In this document: piece by piece, positions 30,905 through 47,000 of the stretch
Position numbering within the stretch: the first letter of the stretch is position 1
Layout: the number at the start of each line of letters is the position of its first letter
Source: Kosakonia oryzendophytica
GTDB lineage: Bacteria > Pseudomonadota > Gammaproteobacteria > Enterobacterales > Enterobacteriaceae
Length of the DNA: 64,000 nt
Direction: 5' to 3'
NCBI RefSeq assembly: GCF_900094925.1
Contig: NZ_FMAY01000002.1
Location: 1 to 64,000 of the forward strand
Translations under genes and position numbers: made by a program
The notes under the pieces: model-generated
Told to the model about the DNA's origin: nothing
Database searches by the model: none
What the model saw: the letters and a program-made list of their open reading frames with translations, nothing else

Positions 30905-31363
30905 TTATAGCTGGCGCAGCAACCGCGCCGGGTTTCCCGCATAAACCCCTTTCGTGGTAATCGATTTGGTCACTACGCTGCCTGCGCCGATAACTGCACC
31001 GTCGCAAATGGTCACCGCCAGAATCGTTGCGCCGCTGCCAATCGACACATCATTGCCAATCACAATGCGTCCCCAGCTTTCGCGGTCCGGATTGGGTTTG
31101 CCTTCGCGGAACATGTCGTTCGCAAACATCACCCCATGGCCGATAAAGCAGCGCTCGCCCACGGTCACGTATTCACAGATAAAGGTGTGTGACTGAATTT
31201 TGCTGCCGTTACCAATCTGCGTATTCCCCTGAATTTCCACAAATGGCCCGACGAAAACGCCCTCACCCAGCGTACAGCCATACAAATTGGCGGGTTCGTA
31301 AATCACCACATTCTCACCGCAGGTGACGTTACGTACCCCGGTCTGGCGGACTTCCATTCTCAC
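30905..31363 (-). CDS. hexapeptide-repeat (left-handed beta-helix) acetyltransferase
   Basis: 152 aa with repeated [LIV]G.N..IG hexapeptides (…VIGNDVSIGSGATILAVTICDGAVIGAGSVVTKSI…). Not at this locus in E. coli K-12. Confidence 0.75.
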   Translation of the reverse strand: MRMEVRQTGVRNVTCGENVVIYEPANLYGCTLGEGVFVGPFVEIQGNTQIGNGSKIQSHTFICEYVTVGERCFIGHGVMFANDMFREGKPNPDRESWGRIVIGNDVSIGSGATILAVTICDGAVIGAGSVVTKSITTKGVYAGNPARLLRQL

Positions 31364-31366
31364 TCC

Positions 31367-31891
31367 TTAAATCGATTTGCCCAGAATATGCAATAGGCTC
31401 TGCTGAGAGGGGGTACTGAACACGGTATCCTTGAGATGCGTGAACCCCTGGCGGAGATAAAAACGGTATGCCTGTGGGTTGGCATCCAGCACTTCCAGCC
31501 AGAAAAAGGTTTCGCCCCGGCTTTTCGCCCTCCGTTCTATTTCCGCAATCATCTGTTCTCCATAACCTTTACCGGTTTTGCCGGGAAGCAGATAGAGCTT
31601 ATGCAGCAGCGTACCCGCAAGGCTATCGCCCTCTCCGGTATAGTGCCAGGAGACTTTGGCGAATCCTACCGGCGCGTGATCCTGCGCGATAAACCAGTCA
31701 CTGACATCACTTTGCAGGCTCTGCTGTAATGTGTTCAGGGAATACTCTTGCTGCAAAAAAGCCTGCAACTCATGCTGCTGATGCCACAGATGAGCAAAGT
31801 GGTGGGAATAACTGGCATAACCCATCTCGCTCAATAATGCGGCGTCATCCGGGCCTGCTTTACGTATTGTCAGCACTCTTTGGACCTCCAT
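31367..31891 (-). CDS. GNAT-family N-acetyltransferase
   Basis: About 175 aa from MEVQRVLTIRKAGPDDAA… with an acetyl-CoA-binding motif (…GKTGKGYGEQMIAEIERRAKSRG…). The N-terminal extension to 31966 in the ORF track is doubtful. Confidence 0.7.
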   Translation of the reverse strand: MEVQRVLTIRKAGPDDAALLSEMGYASYSHHFAHLWHQQHELQAFLQQEYSLNTLQQSLQSDVSDWFIAQDHAPVGFAKVSWHYTGEGDSLAGTLLHKLYLLPGKTGKGYGEQMIAEIERRAKSRGETFFWLEVLDANPQAYRFYLRQGFTHLKDTVFSTPSQQSLLHILGKSI

Positions 31892-32013
31892 GCGTGAACG
31901 TTGACGATGCAACATGTCATCACGCGGTGTCACAAAATATAAGTAAATAATGTAGATCCAGATCACATTTCTGCGTTATACAGGAGGCTCGCCACTAAGC
32001 ATGAGGTGCTGAT

Positions 32014-32424
32014 ATGACGTCGCTAACGCGTCCGCGCGCTGAGTATATTTCGACCATTTTGCAGACCGTGCTTAACCTCGGCCTGCTGAGCCTCGGCCTG
32101 ATTCTGATTGTCTTTCTGGGGAAGGAGACGCTGCATCTGGCGGATGTGCTGTTCGCCCCTGTGCAAACCAGCAAATATGAGCTGGTGGAAGGGCTGGTGG
32201 TTTACTTCCTCTACTTCGAATTCATCGCGCTGATTGTAAAGTACTTTCAGTCCGGTTTTCACTTCCCGCTACGCTATTTCATCTACATTGGCATTACTGC
32301 GATTGTGCGCCTGATTATCGTCGATCATCAGTCGCCTATGGATGTTCTGATCTACTCGGCGGCGATCCTGCTGCTGGTTATCACGCTGTGGTTGTGTAAC
32401 TCCAAACGGCTGAAGCGAGAATAA
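32014..32424 (+). CDS. psiE: phosphate-starvation-inducible inner-membrane protein PsiE
   Basis: 136 aa, conserved PsiE (YjbA) sequence and position upstream of the mal operon. Confidence 0.9.
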   Translation: MTSLTRPRAEYISTILQTVLNLGLLSLGLILIVFLGKETLHLADVLFAPVQTSKYELVEGLVVYFLYFEFIALIVKYFQSGFHFPLRYFIYIGITAIVRLIIVDHQSPMDVLIYSAAILLLVITLWLCNSKRLKRE

Positions 32425-32464
32425 AAAAAGGGCGGCTGATTAAGCCGCCAAACAACAGTCACAA

Positions 32465-32605
32465 GTTACTCGTCATACTTCAGTCTGCTGCAGGGGCGTT
32501 GACTGCGCTTACTCATCACAGTCACTTACTCGGGTAAGTTCTGGGATGTTCTCGCTTGCCGCCTTGCTGCAACCTGAATTATTTAGAGTGTCGGGTCATA
32601 CAAGT
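32465..32605. repeat. ERIC-family repeat copy
   Basis: …CACAGTCACTTACTCGGGTAAGTTCTGGGATGTTCTCGCTTGCCGCCTTGCTGCAACC… shares the CACTTAC/GTAAG core and the GCCGCCTTGCTGCAAC tail with the copies at 24428-24700. Confidence 0.7.
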
Positions 32606-32637
32606 TGAGGGTGCAGTGGCAATAACAACGATGAAAC

Positions 32638-33528
32638 TTAACCTTTTACACCGCCTGCGGTCAGGCCGTTAACCAGCCAGCGCTGCGCAAGCAGGAAGAC
32701 AACCGTAATCGGAATGGCGGACAATACCGCCGCTGCGGCAAAATCCCCCCACAGGTAGTTTTGCGGGTTGAGATACTGCTGCATACCCACCGCCAGCGTG
32801 TAGCTGTTTACATCACGCAGCAACAGCGAAGCGACCGGCACTTCGGTGATGGCAGCAATAAACGACAGAATAAACACCACCGCCAGGATCGGCACCGACA
32901 GCGGCAACAACACCAGACGGAACGCCTGCCACGGGGTGGCACCATCCAGCGCGGCGGCCTCTTCCAGCGAACTGTCGATGGTTTCGAAATACCCTTTAAT
33001 CGTCCATACATGCAGTGCAATGCCGCCCATATAGGCGAAGATCACCCCACCATGCGTGTTCAGACCAATAAACGGAATGTACTGGCCCAACCGATCAAAC
33101 AAGGCATAGAGCGCCACCAGTGACAGCACAGCCGGGAACATCTGGAAAATCAGCATGCCTTTCAACAACGTCGCTTTGCCACGAAAACGCATACGGGCAA
33201 AAGCGTACGCACAGGTCGTGGAGAGCGCGACAATCCCGACGGCGGTGATCCCGGCGATCTTCACCGAGTTCCACAGCCAGAGCAGCACCGGGAAGGGCGG
33301 CGGTGTCACGCGACCGTCCGCGTGTTCAACGCTAAAGCCCAGCGCCAGTCGCCAGTGCTCCCAGGAGATGGTCTCCGGGAGCAAGCTGCCGGTGGCAAAG
33401 TTGCCTTCACGCAGCGAAATGGTGATCACCATCAGCAGCGGGAACATAATGGCGGCAATAAACACCAGCAATAACAGGTGAGTGACCAACAATCTCAGCT
33501 TTTGCGATTTCGCTTGCACCATAGCCAT
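32638..33528 (-). CDS. malG: maltose ABC transporter permease MalG
   Basis: 296 aa ([10 protein letters not shown]…), near-identical to E. coli MalG. Confidence 0.95.
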   Translation of the reverse strand: MAMVQAKSQKLRLLVTHLLLLVFIAAIMFPLLMVITISLREGNFATGSLLPETISWEHWRLALGFSVEHADGRVTPPPFPVLLWLWNSVKIAGITAVGIVALSTTCAYAFARMRFRGKATLLKGMLIFQMFPAVLSLVALYALFDRLGQYIPFIGLNTHGGVIFAYMGGIALHVWTIKGYFETIDSSLEEAAALDGATPWQAFRLVLLPLSVPILAVVFILSFIAAITEVPVASLLLRDVNSYTLAVGMQQYLNPQNYLWGDFAAAAVLSAIPITVVFLLAQRWLVNGLTAGGVKG

Positions 33529-33542
33529 ACTTTTCGTCCTCC

Positions 33543-35087
33543 TTAATCGAATTTCATGCGTGTGGCTTTCAGGTTGACGATAGCCAGCAGACCGACCAGC
33601 AGGAAAATCAGCGTGGCGATGGCGGCAGCAAGGCCAAAGTCCTGACCGCCGCCGCCTTCAAAGGCGATGCGGTAGGTATAGCTCACCAGCAGGTCGGTAT
33701 ACCCCGCAGGCGTGGTGGTGCCGATGCGGTCCGGCCCACCGTTGGTCAGCAACTGGATCAATACGAAATTATTAAAATTAAAAGCAAAACTGGCGATCAT
33801 CAGCGGTGTGAGCGGTTTGATCAGCAGGGGAAAAGTGATGCGGAAAAAGTTCTGCAACGGCCCGGCACCATCCATTGCCGAGGCTTCGTACAGATCGTCC
33901 GGGATCGCTTTTAACAGCCCCATGCAGAGGATCATCATGTAGGGGTAACCGAGCCAGGTATTGACGATCACGATCATCGTCCGGGCCGTTGTTGGATCGC
34001 TGAACCAGGCCGGTTTGATGCCGAACAGCGTACTGAGCATCATGTTAATTTCGCCGAAGCTCTGGTTAAACAGACCCTTGAAAATCAGGATCGAGATAAA
34101 CGACGGTACGGCATAGGGCAGGATCAGCAGCACGCGATAAATCGCTTTGCCTTTCAGCGATTCCCATTGCACCAGGCAGGCCAGCACCATCCCTACCGCC
34201 ACCGTCAGCACCACGGTGAGGACAGAGAACACCACCGTCCAGATGAAAATGGCGACAAACGGTTTCTGGATGCCCTCATCGGTGAACACCCGTGTGAAGT
34301 TATCCCAGCCAATGGTGACGGTATAACCGGGGCTCAACTTTTCATTGCCCCAACTGCCATCGGCATTCACAGACTGGAAGAAGCCAATGTTGTTATTGGC
34401 CCGGTATTTCACGCCGTTCTGGTTATTGGTTAATGTGCCATCCTGCGCCAGCTGATAGAGCGGGCGGGTGCCAGAAAACTGGCGCAGCGAGCTCATGGCA
34501 ACTTTGCTCTCATCCGGCAATATGGCGGTGAGCTGGTTCAGGGCCTGGCGCTGTTGGGTGATCACGCGCAGGTTGGCGCGCTCGCCAGCGGGCAGAGCCG
34601 TGACCTCTTTTAAGGTAATTTTCTGTTCTCCGCCGGGTTTAAACGCGTCGGAGAGGTAATTTTTTCCGGTGTCGCCATCAGTCAGCGCCAGTTGCCATTT
34701 GTCACCCACCGGGTACAGACCAAAATTGTAGGCTTTTCCTGCCTGGTAAGAGCGGTCAAGCAGGACTTGTTGGGCGCGCTCCTGGGTAAGCTGGTTGGTG
34801 CTGCTGTAGTTAGTAAAGGCAATGGCGATAGTGCAGATCAGGGGAAACAGCACAAACAGCCCCATCCCCGCCAGACCCGGATAGACATAACGCCAGGCAT
34901 AGGCTTTACGGTTGGCGAAAATATAGAGACCCGCTGAACTCAGGATCAGCGTTGTTATGGCAAAAAGGTATTCCCCTTGGGCATACATCAAAACAACAAG
35001 GTATCCCACCAGTAATCCCATAAGGGCAATGGCCGCCCATGCGAGCTGCGGGCTTTGCCACCAGTGGCGTTTTCTTACAACATCCAT
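33543..35087 (-). CDS. malF: maltose ABC transporter permease MalF
   Basis: 514 aa, conserved MalF. Confidence 0.95.
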   Translation of the reverse strand: MDVVRKRHWWQSPQLAWAAIALMGLLVGYLVVLMYAQGEYLFAITTLILSSAGLYIFANRKAYAWRYVYPGLAGMGLFVLFPLICTIAIAFTNYSSTNQLTQERAQQVLLDRSYQAGKAYNFGLYPVGDKWQLALTDGDTGKNYLSDAFKPGGEQKITLKEVTALPAGERANLRVITQQRQALNQLTAILPDESKVAMSSLRQFSGTRPLYQLAQDGTLTNNQNGVKYRANNNIGFFQSVNADGSWGNEKLSPGYTVTIGWDNFTRVFTDEGIQKPFVAIFIWTVVFSVLTVVLTVAVGMVLACLVQWESLKGKAIYRVLLILPYAVPSFISILIFKGLFNQSFGEINMMLSTLFGIKPAWFSDPTTARTMIVIVNTWLGYPYMMILCMGLLKAIPDDLYEASAMDGAGPLQNFFRITFPLLIKPLTPLMIASFAFNFNNFVLIQLLTNGGPDRIGTTTPAGYTDLLVSYTYRIAFEGGGGQDFGLAAAIATLIFLLVGLLAIVNLKATRMKFD

Positions 35088-35172
35088 GGGAAGTCCTTTT
35101 ACAACGTTGAAAACGAATGTCAGGTGGCGCTGCGTTTACCTGATTTGTGCGTAGCGCCACCCGACATATTGC

Positions 35173-39293
<4,121 letters not shown>

Positions 39294-39313
39294 GGGCTTT
39301 ACTCGCGTAAACA

Positions 39314-39340
39314 GAAGAGGGGCGCAAGCCCCTCTGATTC
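39314..39340 (+). terminator. hairpin after lamB
   Basis: AGAGGGGC-GCAA-GCCCCTCT perfect stem-loop. Confidence 0.6.
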
Positions 39341-39398
39341 TTACAAACAGCGCGCTATTGCCTGGCCAACGCTGTTTTGCATCCTGAAGGTGATTAAA

Positions 39399-40340
39399 AT
39401 GAAAAAAAACCTCATTGCCCTGTGCCTCTCCGCGGGTATGTTGGCGGGTGTACCGGGTTTTGCACTGGCTGATGTGAATATCGTGCCACAGAACACAACA
39501 GCAGCGCCGTCGATCCCGGCATCTGCACTCCAGCAACTCACCTGGACGCCGGTCGACACGTCCAAAAGCCAGACAGTTCGGCTTGCTACCGGCGGACAGC
39601 ATCTGAATGTGCCGGGTATTACCGGGCCAGTTGCGGCATTTAGCGTGCCAGCTAACATTGGTGAGCTTTCGCTGACGCTGTCAAGCGATGTCAATAAAAA
39701 CACTGGGGTATTTGCGCCGAACGTGCTGGTATTTGATCAGAATATGTCGCCTGCGGCCTATTTCCCCAGCAACTATTTTACCTACCAGGAACCGGGAGTG
39801 TTAAGCGCAGATCGACTCGAAGGGGTTATGCGCCTGACGCCTGCGCTGGGTCAGCAGAAGCTCTATATCCTTGCATTCACCACCGCGAGCGATTTGCAAA
39901 AAACCACCACACTGCTTGATCCGGCTAAAGCCTATGCTAAAGGCGTGGGTAATGCGATCCCTGATATTCCCGATCCGATAGCGCGTCATGTTGCGGAGGG
40001 TGTGGTGAACCTGAAAGTGAAAAACAGTAGCAACTCCAGCATCCTGGTAGGCCCGCTGTTTGGTTCCTCGGGCCCCGGCCCGGTCACCGTGGGCAATACC
40101 GCCGCGCCGGCTTATAGCACGCAACCAGCTCCGGCTGCCGCGCCCGCTGCGGCTCCTGCTCCAGTGGCGAAAAGCGAACCGATGCTTAACGATACGGAGA
40201 GCTATTTTAACCAGGCCATCAAACAAGCTGTTGCGAAAGGTGACGTTGATAAGGCATTGAAATTATTGGATGAAGCAGAGCGCCTCGGGTCGAAAACCGC
40301 CCGTTCCACTTTTATCGGCAGTGTAAAAGGCAAGGGGTAA
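39399..40340 (+). CDS. malM: periplasmic maltose-regulon protein MalM
   Basis: About 313 aa with a signal peptide (MKKNLIALCLSAGMLAGVPGFALA) and a conserved C-terminus (…LDEAERLGS…VKGKG). The ORF-track frame starts at GTG 39390. Confidence 0.9.
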   Translation: MKKNLIALCLSAGMLAGVPGFALADVNIVPQNTTAAPSIPASALQQLTWTPVDTSKSQTVRLATGGQHLNVPGITGPVAAFSVPANIGELSLTLSSDVNKNTGVFAPNVLVFDQNMSPAAYFPSNYFTYQEPGVLSADRLEGVMRLTPALGQQKLYILAFTTASDLQKTTTLLDPAKAYAKGVGNAIPDIPDPIARHVAEGVVNLKVKNSSNSSILVGPLFGSSGPGPVTVGNTAAPAYSTQPAPAAAPAAAPAPVAKSEPMLNDTESYFNQAIKQAVAKGDVDKALKLLDEAERLGSKTARSTFIGSVKGKG

Positions 40341-40372
40341 CAGTCTCCCCACAATGCTGATATTTGCAGCAA

Positions 40373-40400
40373 CTGGTGCGTCGCCTGACGCACCCTTTTT
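40373..40400 (+). terminator. malM terminator
   Basis: GGTGCGTC-GCCT-GACGCACC hairpin plus TTTTT. Confidence 0.8.
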
Positions 40401-40520
40401 CCGGCGCAGCGGTGCGCTGTTGCACACCTGTTGCGCTGATGAAAACCGAATGAACTTTCCCCGCCCGTAAAGCCTGTTCTGCGATACAATAATCCTACGT
40501 TATGTACCGGAGAGTAAGGC

Positions 40521-41018
40521 ATGTCTCACCCCGCGCTTACGCAATTGCGTGCGCTGCGCTATTTAGACGCGATTCCTGCGCTTGAACCGCAACTGCTGGA
40601 CTGGCTGTTGCTGGAAGATTCCATGACGAAACGTTTTGAGCAGCAGGGCAAAACGGTCAGCGTGATGCTGATTCGGGAAGATTTTGTCACCGCAGACGAG
40701 ATAACGCAGGAGCACGGCCTGTTGCCGGAGGAGTCGCGTTATTGGTTGCGCGAAATCATTCTTTGTGCGGATGGTGAACCCTGGCTTGCCGGGCGCACCG
40801 TGGTGCCGGAGTCCACTCTAAGTGGTCCGGAGCTGGCGCTGCAACAGTTGGGAACAACGCCGCTTGGGCGTTATCTCTTTACCTCTTCTACGCTTACGCG
40901 TGACTTTATTGAAATTGGTCGTCATGAGCAGCTCTGGGGACGCCGTTCCCGCCTGCGTCTGGGCGGGAAACCGTTGATGCTGACCGAACTGTTTTTGCCT
41001 GCGTCGCCGTTGTATTAA
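40521..41018 (+). CDS. ubiC: chorismate pyruvate-lyase
   Basis: 165 aa ([15 protein letters not shown]…LFLPASPLY), near-identical to E. coli UbiC. The E. coli yjbI gene is absent upstream. Confidence 0.95.
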   Translation: MSHPALTQLRALRYLDAIPALEPQLLDWLLLEDSMTKRFEQQGKTVSVMLIREDFVTADEITQEHGLLPEESRYWLREIILCADGEPWLAGRTVVPESTLSGPELALQQLGTTPLGRYLFTSSTLTRDFIEIGRHEQLWGRRSRLRLGGKPLMLTELFLPASPLY

Positions 41019-41030
41019 GAGGAATCGAAA

Positions 41031-41900
41031 ATGGAGTGGAGTCTCACGCAGAATAAGCTGTTGGCCTTTCACCGGCTGATGCGTACGGACAAGCCGATTG
41101 GTGCGTTGCTACTGCTGTGGCCGACGCTGTGGGCGTTATGGGTGGCGACGCCGGGAGTGCCGCCGCTGTGGATTTTACTGGTCTTTGTGGCGGGCGTCTG
41201 GCTGATGCGCGCCGCCGGATGCGTGGTGAACGATTACGCGGATCGTAAGTTTGATGGCCATGTTAAGCGCACCGCGAACCGTCCGTTGCCCAGTGGTGCC
41301 GTGACGGAGAATGAAGCGCGAACCCTGTTTGTGGTGCTGGTATTGTTAGCGTTTGCGCTGGTGCTGACGCTCAACATGATGACCATTCTGCTGTCGGTGG
41401 CTGCACTGGCGCTGGCATGGGTCTATCCGTTTATGAAGCGCTACACGCATCTGCCGCAGGTGGTGTTGGGCGCGGCGTTTGGCTGGTCGATTCCGATGGC
41501 GTTTGCCGCGGTCAGCGAGTCAGTACCGCTGAGTTGCTGGATCATGTTCCTTGCCAATATTTTGTGGGCTGTGGCTTACGACACGCAATACGCAATGGTC
41601 GACAGGGACGACGATGTCAAAATTGGTATCAAATCGACAGCGATCCTGTTTGGCCGTTTCGACACGCTGATTATTGGTATTTTGCAGGTTGCGGTGATGG
41701 TGCTGATGGCATCCATTGGCTGGTTGAACGGGTTAAGTTGGGTCTATTACGCGACGGTGTTGATAGCGGGGGGGCTGTTTGTCTACCAGCAGGTGCTGAT
41801 TGCAGGCCGTGAACGCGACGCCTGTTTTAAAGCCTTTATGAACAACAACTACGTGGGCCTGGTGCTGTTTTTAGGCCTGGCGTTCAGTTACCTGCATTGA
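41031..41900 (+). CDS. ubiA: 4-hydroxybenzoate octaprenyltransferase
   Basis: 289 aa UbiA (…[10 protein letters not shown]… and …[13 protein letters not shown]… prenyltransferase motifs). Confidence 0.95.
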   Translation: MEWSLTQNKLLAFHRLMRTDKPIGALLLLWPTLWALWVATPGVPPLWILLVFVAGVWLMRAAGCVVNDYADRKFDGHVKRTANRPLPSGAVTENEARTLFVVLVLLAFALVLTLNMMTILLSVAALALAWVYPFMKRYTHLPQVVLGAAFGWSIPMAFAAVSESVPLSCWIMFLANILWAVAYDTQYAMVDRDDDVKIGIKSTAILFGRFDTLIIGILQVAVMVLMASIGWLNGLSWVYYATVLIAGGLFVYQQVLIAGRERDACFKAFMNNNYVGLVLFLGLAFSYLH

Positions 41901-41905
41901 TGTTT

Positions 41906-41940
41906 CTCACCCCTCTCCTTTCGGGAGAGGGGTGTCTTAC
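41906..41940. terminator. bidirectional terminator between ubiA and plsB
   Basis: CACCCCTCTCCTTTCGGGAGAGGGGTG inverted repeat between convergent genes. Confidence 0.75.
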
Positions 41941-41942
41941 CT

Positions 41943-44366
41943 TCACGCTTCTGCTTGCGTTGCGCTCTCAATCGTTAAACGCACATCCGACGTAATCAGC
42001 TCCGCCAGCATCTGGTACACGCTTAATGTCTGCGCGGGTTCCGCATCGCCAGTATCGCTAATATAGCCTTCGTCACGCAGTGTCAGCACCAGCGTACTGA
42101 AGACCGCCTTATCGAAGAACTCCGGTGCGTTGATACCGTGCAGCACCGACAGACGTTGTGCCAGCGTACGGCTCTCTTTTTCCAGCGTACTGCGGTTCAT
42201 CGACGGGTTCGCACTCAGCAGCCAGAAAGTAATGGCGTAACGTTGCAGCGTTTCGCGCGCGCCTGCGGCGAGCAATTGCAGCGTGCGCGAGTGCGCCGGG
42301 TTAATGCTCACACGATCGTCTTTCACCGTTAGCAGCCCCTGGCGCAGCAGCTCCTGGGTCAGGTTTTCCAGCACCTGCGCCAGCTCTGCTTTCTCCCAAC
42401 GCAGGAACAACTCCGCTTTCAGCATCGGGTAGAGTAGCTCTACATGACGCAGAATTTCCTGTTGGGAAATGGCGCGATGCTGGGTCACGATAGCCGCCAG
42501 CAACGACGGCAGCATCAGCATATGCGCAATGTTGTTGCGGTAATAGGTCATCAACACGGCCTGTTCGCGCGGCAGAATGATGATATCGCCGATAGTATCT
42601 TTCTCGACTTCAAACTTGTTCATCTGCAACGCGTGATCGATAAGCTCACTGGCGCTGGCGGACGGCGTGGTTGAATCCGGCGAATAGGGCACATTACGCA
42701 TGAGCTCAAGGTAGCAACTCAACTGCTCGGTTAACTGCTCCCGCGTCAGAGAGCGCTGACGCGATGCCAACAGTGCTGTACAGCACAAGTTCATGGCGTT
42801 AGCCGCACCCGCGTTGTTAATTCGCACCATCAGATCGGCGGCAATGCCGTTCACCGTCGGCGTTAACCATGCCGGACGGATAGCTTCAATCGGATCGATC
42901 GACTCGCGCCACTCCGGCACATGATGGTTCAGGTAGTTCATCAGCGAGATAGGCTCACCGAAATTCACATACCCCTGGCCCAGATTGCGCAGCTTGCTCA
43001 GGCCTCGCACCATCTGCAACAGACTCTCTTTCTCTTTCGTCGCCCCGCGCAGCTCTTTAGCGTAGGTGCCCACTTCCATCACGTGCTCATACCCGATGTA
43101 AATCGGCACCAGCGTGATAGGACGCGTACCGCCGCGCAGCATTGCCTGAATGGTCATCGACAGCGTACCGGTTTTGGGGTCCAACAAACGCCCGGTGCGG
43201 GAACGGCCGCCCTCGACAAAATATTCGACGGAATAACCGCGGCTAAACAGCTCACCCAGGTATTCACGAAACACGGTGGAATAGAGCTTATTGCCCTTAA
43301 AGGTACGGCGAATAAAGAACGCGCCCAGGCGGCGGAAAATCGGCCCGGCGGGCCAGAAATTCAGGTTAATGCCTGCGGCGATATGCGGCGGCACCAGCCC
43401 CTGGTGATAGAGCACGTACGACAGCAGCAGGTAGTCCATATGGCTGCGGTGGCAGGGCACATAGACAATCTCGTGACCATCATGGGCCAACTGGCGCACG
43501 CGCTCGGCGTTGTGCACATTAATGCCCTGATAGAGACGGTTCCAGGTGAAGCCGAGGATGCGGTCAGTCAGGCGGATCATCTCGTATGAGAAGTTCGCCG
43601 CGATCTCTTCCATCAATGCGATAGCATTTTGCTGCGCCTTATCGTGGGAGATTTTCTTGCTGCGCGCCTCATCTTCGACTGCTCGGGCAATTGCTTTGGA
43701 TGAGAGCAGCTTATTAAACAGATCCTGACGCGCAGGCAGGCGCGGGCCCACTGCGGCAAGGCGTTGGCGGGCGAAGTGCATACGCGCGACGCGCGCCAGT
43801 TTTTGCGCGATAATTTTGTCTGTGCCGTGTTCTGTCGCCATGCGACGCAATGAAACCGGCGGTGAAAAACGCACAAAGCTGTCGCGACCAAGCCAGGACA
43901 CCGCGAAGAATTTCTGGATGCCGTTGAGCATGCGCAAAGGCGGGTTGACTTCGCCCTTCTCACGCCCGGGGGAGCGACCAAACATCACCGATACCGGTAC
44001 CATTTGCACATCCAAATCCGGATGACTGCGGTGGAGATCCAGGTAATCATGGAACAGTTTGATGGATTCTTCTTTTGGCGTGTAATAGGTAAATACACGC
44101 GGCCCGCCGTGGATAAACACGTAACGCGGTAGCAGTGCGCCGTCGATTTCCAGCGGTTCCAGTGGGTCTGGCAACTCATGCGCCAGACACTGAGCGCGCA
44201 GCGTCATCAAGTCTGCCTTGGAGTTGTAAGGCAGCACATACATGATGGGACGTGAGGTATCGAGACCCAGTTCCTGTGCAGGTTCTGCGGGGATCGATTT
44301 ACTTTTTACCAGCACGCTTAATGGTAAATTCAGTAATTTGTAGTAAATTCGTGGCCAGCCGGACAT
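41943..44366 (-). CDS. plsB: glycerol-3-phosphate 1-O-acyltransferase
   Basis: 807 aa ([27 protein letters not shown]…) with the HRSHMDY acyltransferase motif. Confidence 0.95.
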   Translation of the reverse strand: MSGWPRIYYKLLNLPLSVLVKSKSIPAEPAQELGLDTSRPIMYVLPYNSKADLMTLRAQCLAHELPDPLEPLEIDGALLPRYVFIHGGPRVFTYYTPKEESIKLFHDYLDLHRSHPDLDVQMVPVSVMFGRSPGREKGEVNPPLRMLNGIQKFFAVSWLGRDSFVRFSPPVSLRRMATEHGTDKIIAQKLARVARMHFARQRLAAVGPRLPARQDLFNKLLSSKAIARAVEDEARSKKISHDKAQQNAIALMEEIAANFSYEMIRLTDRILGFTWNRLYQGINVHNAERVRQLAHDGHEIVYVPCHRSHMDYLLLSYVLYHQGLVPPHIAAGINLNFWPAGPIFRRLGAFFIRRTFKGNKLYSTVFREYLGELFSRGYSVEYFVEGGRSRTGRLLDPKTGTLSMTIQAMLRGGTRPITLVPIYIGYEHVMEVGTYAKELRGATKEKESLLQMVRGLSKLRNLGQGYVNFGEPISLMNYLNHHVPEWRESIDPIEAIRPAWLTPTVNGIAADLMVRINNAGAANAMNLCCTALLASRQRSLTREQLTEQLSCYLELMRNVPYSPDSTTPSASASELIDHALQMNKFEVEKDTIGDIIILPREQAVLMTYYRNNIAHMLMLPSLLAAIVTQHRAISQQEILRHVELLYPMLKAELFLRWEKAELAQVLENLTQELLRQGLLTVKDDRVSINPAHSRTLQLLAAGARETLQRYAITFWLLSANPSMNRSTLEKESRTLAQRLSVLHGINAPEFFDKAVFSTLVLTLRDEGYISDTGDAEPAQTLSVYQMLAELITSDVRLTIESATQAEA

Positions 44367-44496
44367 AAAGGATGTAAAGCCTCTGGGTTAATAGTGCCAT
44401 TGCGCCGCAAGAATATCAGAAAGCGCGCATAATTTCTGTTGTACCTCTTCGTGCTTACATAGACATTGATGCTCATTAGATAAAAAGGTTCTTTTC

Positions 44497-44865
44497 ATGG
44501 CCAATAATACCACTGGATTAACCCGGATCATTAAAGCGGCGGGCTATTCCTGGAAAGGCGTTCGTGCCGCATGGATAAATGAAGCGGCGTTTCGCCAGGA
44601 GGCCGTCGCGGTCGTGCTGGCCATTATTATTGCCTGCTGGCTCGATGTGGATCCCATCACGCGCGTACTGCTGATTGGTTCGGTATCGCTGGTAATGATC
44701 GTTGAAATCCTCAACAGTGCAATTGAAGCGGTGGTGGATCGGATTGGCGCGGAATTTCATGAACTTTCCGGGCGAGCGAAGGATATGGGGTCGGCAGCGG
44801 TGCTGATGTCTATCCTGCTGGCGCTGTTTACCTGGATCTCACTGCTCTGGTCGCATTTTCGATAA
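44497..44865 (+). CDS. dgkA: diacylglycerol kinase
   Basis: 122 aa (MANNTTGLTRIIKAAGYSWKGVRAAW…), matches DgkA. Confidence 0.95.
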   Translation: MANNTTGLTRIIKAAGYSWKGVRAAWINEAAFRQEAVAVVLAIIIACWLDVDPITRVLLIGSVSLVMIVEILNSAIEAVVDRIGAEFHELSGRAKDMGSAAVLMSILLALFTWISLLWSHFR

Positions 44866-44928
44866 CGCTTCCAGAATTCGATAACACTCTGGTTATTTGC
44901 TTAAATTTGGTTCCAAAATCACCTTTGA

Positions 44929-44965
44929 CTGTATATACTCACAGCATAACTGTATATACACCCAG
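44929..44965 (+). promoter_or_regulatory. two LexA operators (SOS boxes) of the lexA promoter
   Basis: CTGTATATACTCACAG (44929-44944) and CTGTATATACACCCAG (44950-44965) both fit CTGT-N8-ACAG. They sit immediately upstream of lexA, as in E. coli. Confidence 0.9.
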
Positions 44966-44973
44966 GGGGCGGA

Positions 44974-45588
44974 ATGAAAGCATTAACGGCCAGGCAACAA
45001 GAGGTGTTCGATCTTATCCGCGATCGCATCTCCCAAACAGGTATGCCGCCGACACGTGCGGAAATCGCGCAACAATTGGGGTTCCGTTCCCCAAATGCGG
45101 CTGAAGAACACCTCAAAGCGCTGGCGCGCAAAGGGGTTATCGAAATCGTATCCGGCGCATCACGCGGTCTTCGCTTGCTGCTTGAAGAAGAAGACGATCT
45201 CGGACTGCCGCTGATCGGCCGCGTGGCCGCTGGTGAGCCGCTGCTGGCGCAGCAGCATATCGAAGGGCATTACCAGGTCGATCCTGCACTCTTCAAACCG
45301 CATGCGGATTTCCTGTTGCGCGTGAGCGGAATGTCAATGAAAGACATCGGCATTATGGACGGCGACCTGCTCGCGGTGCATAAAACGCAGGATGTACGCA
45401 ACGGCCAGGTCGTTGTGGCGCGTATTGAAGACGAAGTGACCGTTAAACGTCTGAAAAAACAGGGCAACACAGTTGAACTGTTACCGGAAAACAATGAGTT
45501 TTCCCCGATTGTTGTTGATCTGCGCGATCAAAACTTCACCATTGAAGGACTGGCGGTAGGCGTCATTCGCAATGGCGAGTGGCTGTAA
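44974..45588 (+). CDS. lexA: SOS repressor LexA
   Basis: 204 aa ([58 protein letters not shown]…). Confidence 0.97.
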   Translation: MKALTARQQEVFDLIRDRISQTGMPPTRAEIAQQLGFRSPNAAEEHLKALARKGVIEIVSGASRGLRLLLEEEDDLGLPLIGRVAAGEPLLAQQHIEGHYQVDPALFKPHADFLLRVSGMSMKDIGIMDGDLLAVHKTQDVRNGQVVVARIEDEVTVKRLKKQGNTVELLPENNEFSPIVVDLRDQNFTIEGLAVGVIRNGEWL

Positions 45589-45665
45589 CGCCTCCCTTAT
45601 TCGCTGCGGTGCTGTTTTACGCTCCGCAGCGTTAATGCCTTTCCCCGATCGATTCTGACACTGCT

Positions 45666-47000
45666 ATGCCGCTGCTGACTGCATCCGACAAAGCGCTGTG
45701 GCGACTTGCCCTGCCAATGATCTTCTCCAATATCACTGTCCCGTTGCTGGGGCTGGTGGATACGGCAGTGGTCGGGCATCTGGATAGCGCAGTCTATCTG
45801 GGTGGTGTGGCCATCGGCGCGACAGCGACCAGCTTCCTGTTTATGCTGCTGCTGTTTCTGCGAATGAGCACCACCGGGCTCACGGCTCAGGCATACGGTG
45901 CGAAAAATGCGCCTGCGCTGGCTCGGGCGTTAGTGCAGCCACTGCTGCTGGCGCTGGGCGCTGGCGTGCTGATTACACTCTTACGCGTGCCGCTTATCGA
46001 TCTGGCTTTGCATATTACCGGCGGCAGCGCTGCGGTGCTGGAGCAGGCGCGGCGCTTCCTTGATATCCGCTGGTTAAGTGCTCCGGCATCGCTCGGTAAC
46101 CTGGTGCTGCTGGGATGGCTTTTGGGCGTGCAGTATGCCCGCGCACCGGTGATCTTGCTGGTGGTGGGCAACGTTCTCAATATTGTGCTTGATGTCTGGT
46201 TGGTGATGGGGCTGGGCATGAACGTTCAGGGAGCGGCATTAGCAACGGTGGTGGCGGAGTACGCGACCTTTGCGCTCGGCCTGTTGATGGCACGACGTGT
46301 GCTGCTTATGCGCGGTATCACCTTGGCGGTGCTGAAGAAGGCCTGGCGTGGCGGCCTTGGACGCTTGTTGGCGCTTAATCGGGACATCATGCTGCGCTCG
46401 TTATTGCTACAGCTCTGCTTCGGTTCGATAACCGTGTTCGGCGCGCGTCTTGGCGCTGAAACCGTGGCGGCGAATGCGGTGCTGATGATGTTTCTGACGT
46501 TTACTGCTTATGCGCTGGACGGGTTCGCTTACGCAGTGGAAGCCCATTCCGGGCACGCTTATGGCGCGCGTGACGACACGCAGCTTAAGCTCATCTGGCA
46601 CGCGGCATGCCGGCAGGCTGGTCTGGTGGCGCTGGTGTTCTCAGCGGTGTATGCGCTGGCCGGGGAGTCAATTATCGCGTTACTCACCTCACTGCCAGCC
46701 TTGCAAAACATGGCCGGGCACTACCTTATCTGGCAGGTGATCCTGCCGGTGGTGGGCGTGTGGTGTTATTTGCTGGATGGCATGTTTGTGGGCGCGACGC
46801 GCGGTGCAGAAATGCGCAACAGCATGGCGGTTGCCGCTGGAGGATTTGCCCTGACGTTGTTGACGGTGCCGACGCTGGGCAACCATGGCCTGTGGCTGTC
46901 GCTGACGGTGTTTCTGGCGCTGCGAGGGCTGACTTTAGCATGGGTGTGGCGTCGTCACTGGCGCAATGGCACCTGGTTTTCCGGTATTGGCCACCCCTGA
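45666..47000 (+). CDS. dinF: MATE-family efflux protein DinF
   Basis: 444 aa (MPLLTASDKALWRLALPMIFSNITVPLLGLVDTAVVGHLDS…), in an operon with lexA. Confidence 0.9.
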   Translation: MPLLTASDKALWRLALPMIFSNITVPLLGLVDTAVVGHLDSAVYLGGVAIGATATSFLFMLLLFLRMSTTGLTAQAYGAKNAPALARALVQPLLLALGAGVLITLLRVPLIDLALHITGGSAAVLEQARRFLDIRWLSAPASLGNLVLLGWLLGVQYARAPVILLVVGNVLNIVLDVWLVMGLGMNVQGAALATVVAEYATFALGLLMARRVLLMRGITLAVLKKAWRGGLGRLLALNRDIMLRSLLLQLCFGSITVFGARLGAETVAANAVLMMFLTFTAYALDGFAYAVEAHSGHAYGARDDTQLKLIWHAACRQAGLVALVFSAVYALAGESIIALLTSLPALQNMAGHYLIWQVILPVVGVWCYLLDGMFVGATRGAEMRNSMAVAAGGFALTLLTVPTLGNHGLWLSLTVFLALRGLTLAWVWRRHWRNGTWFSGIGHP

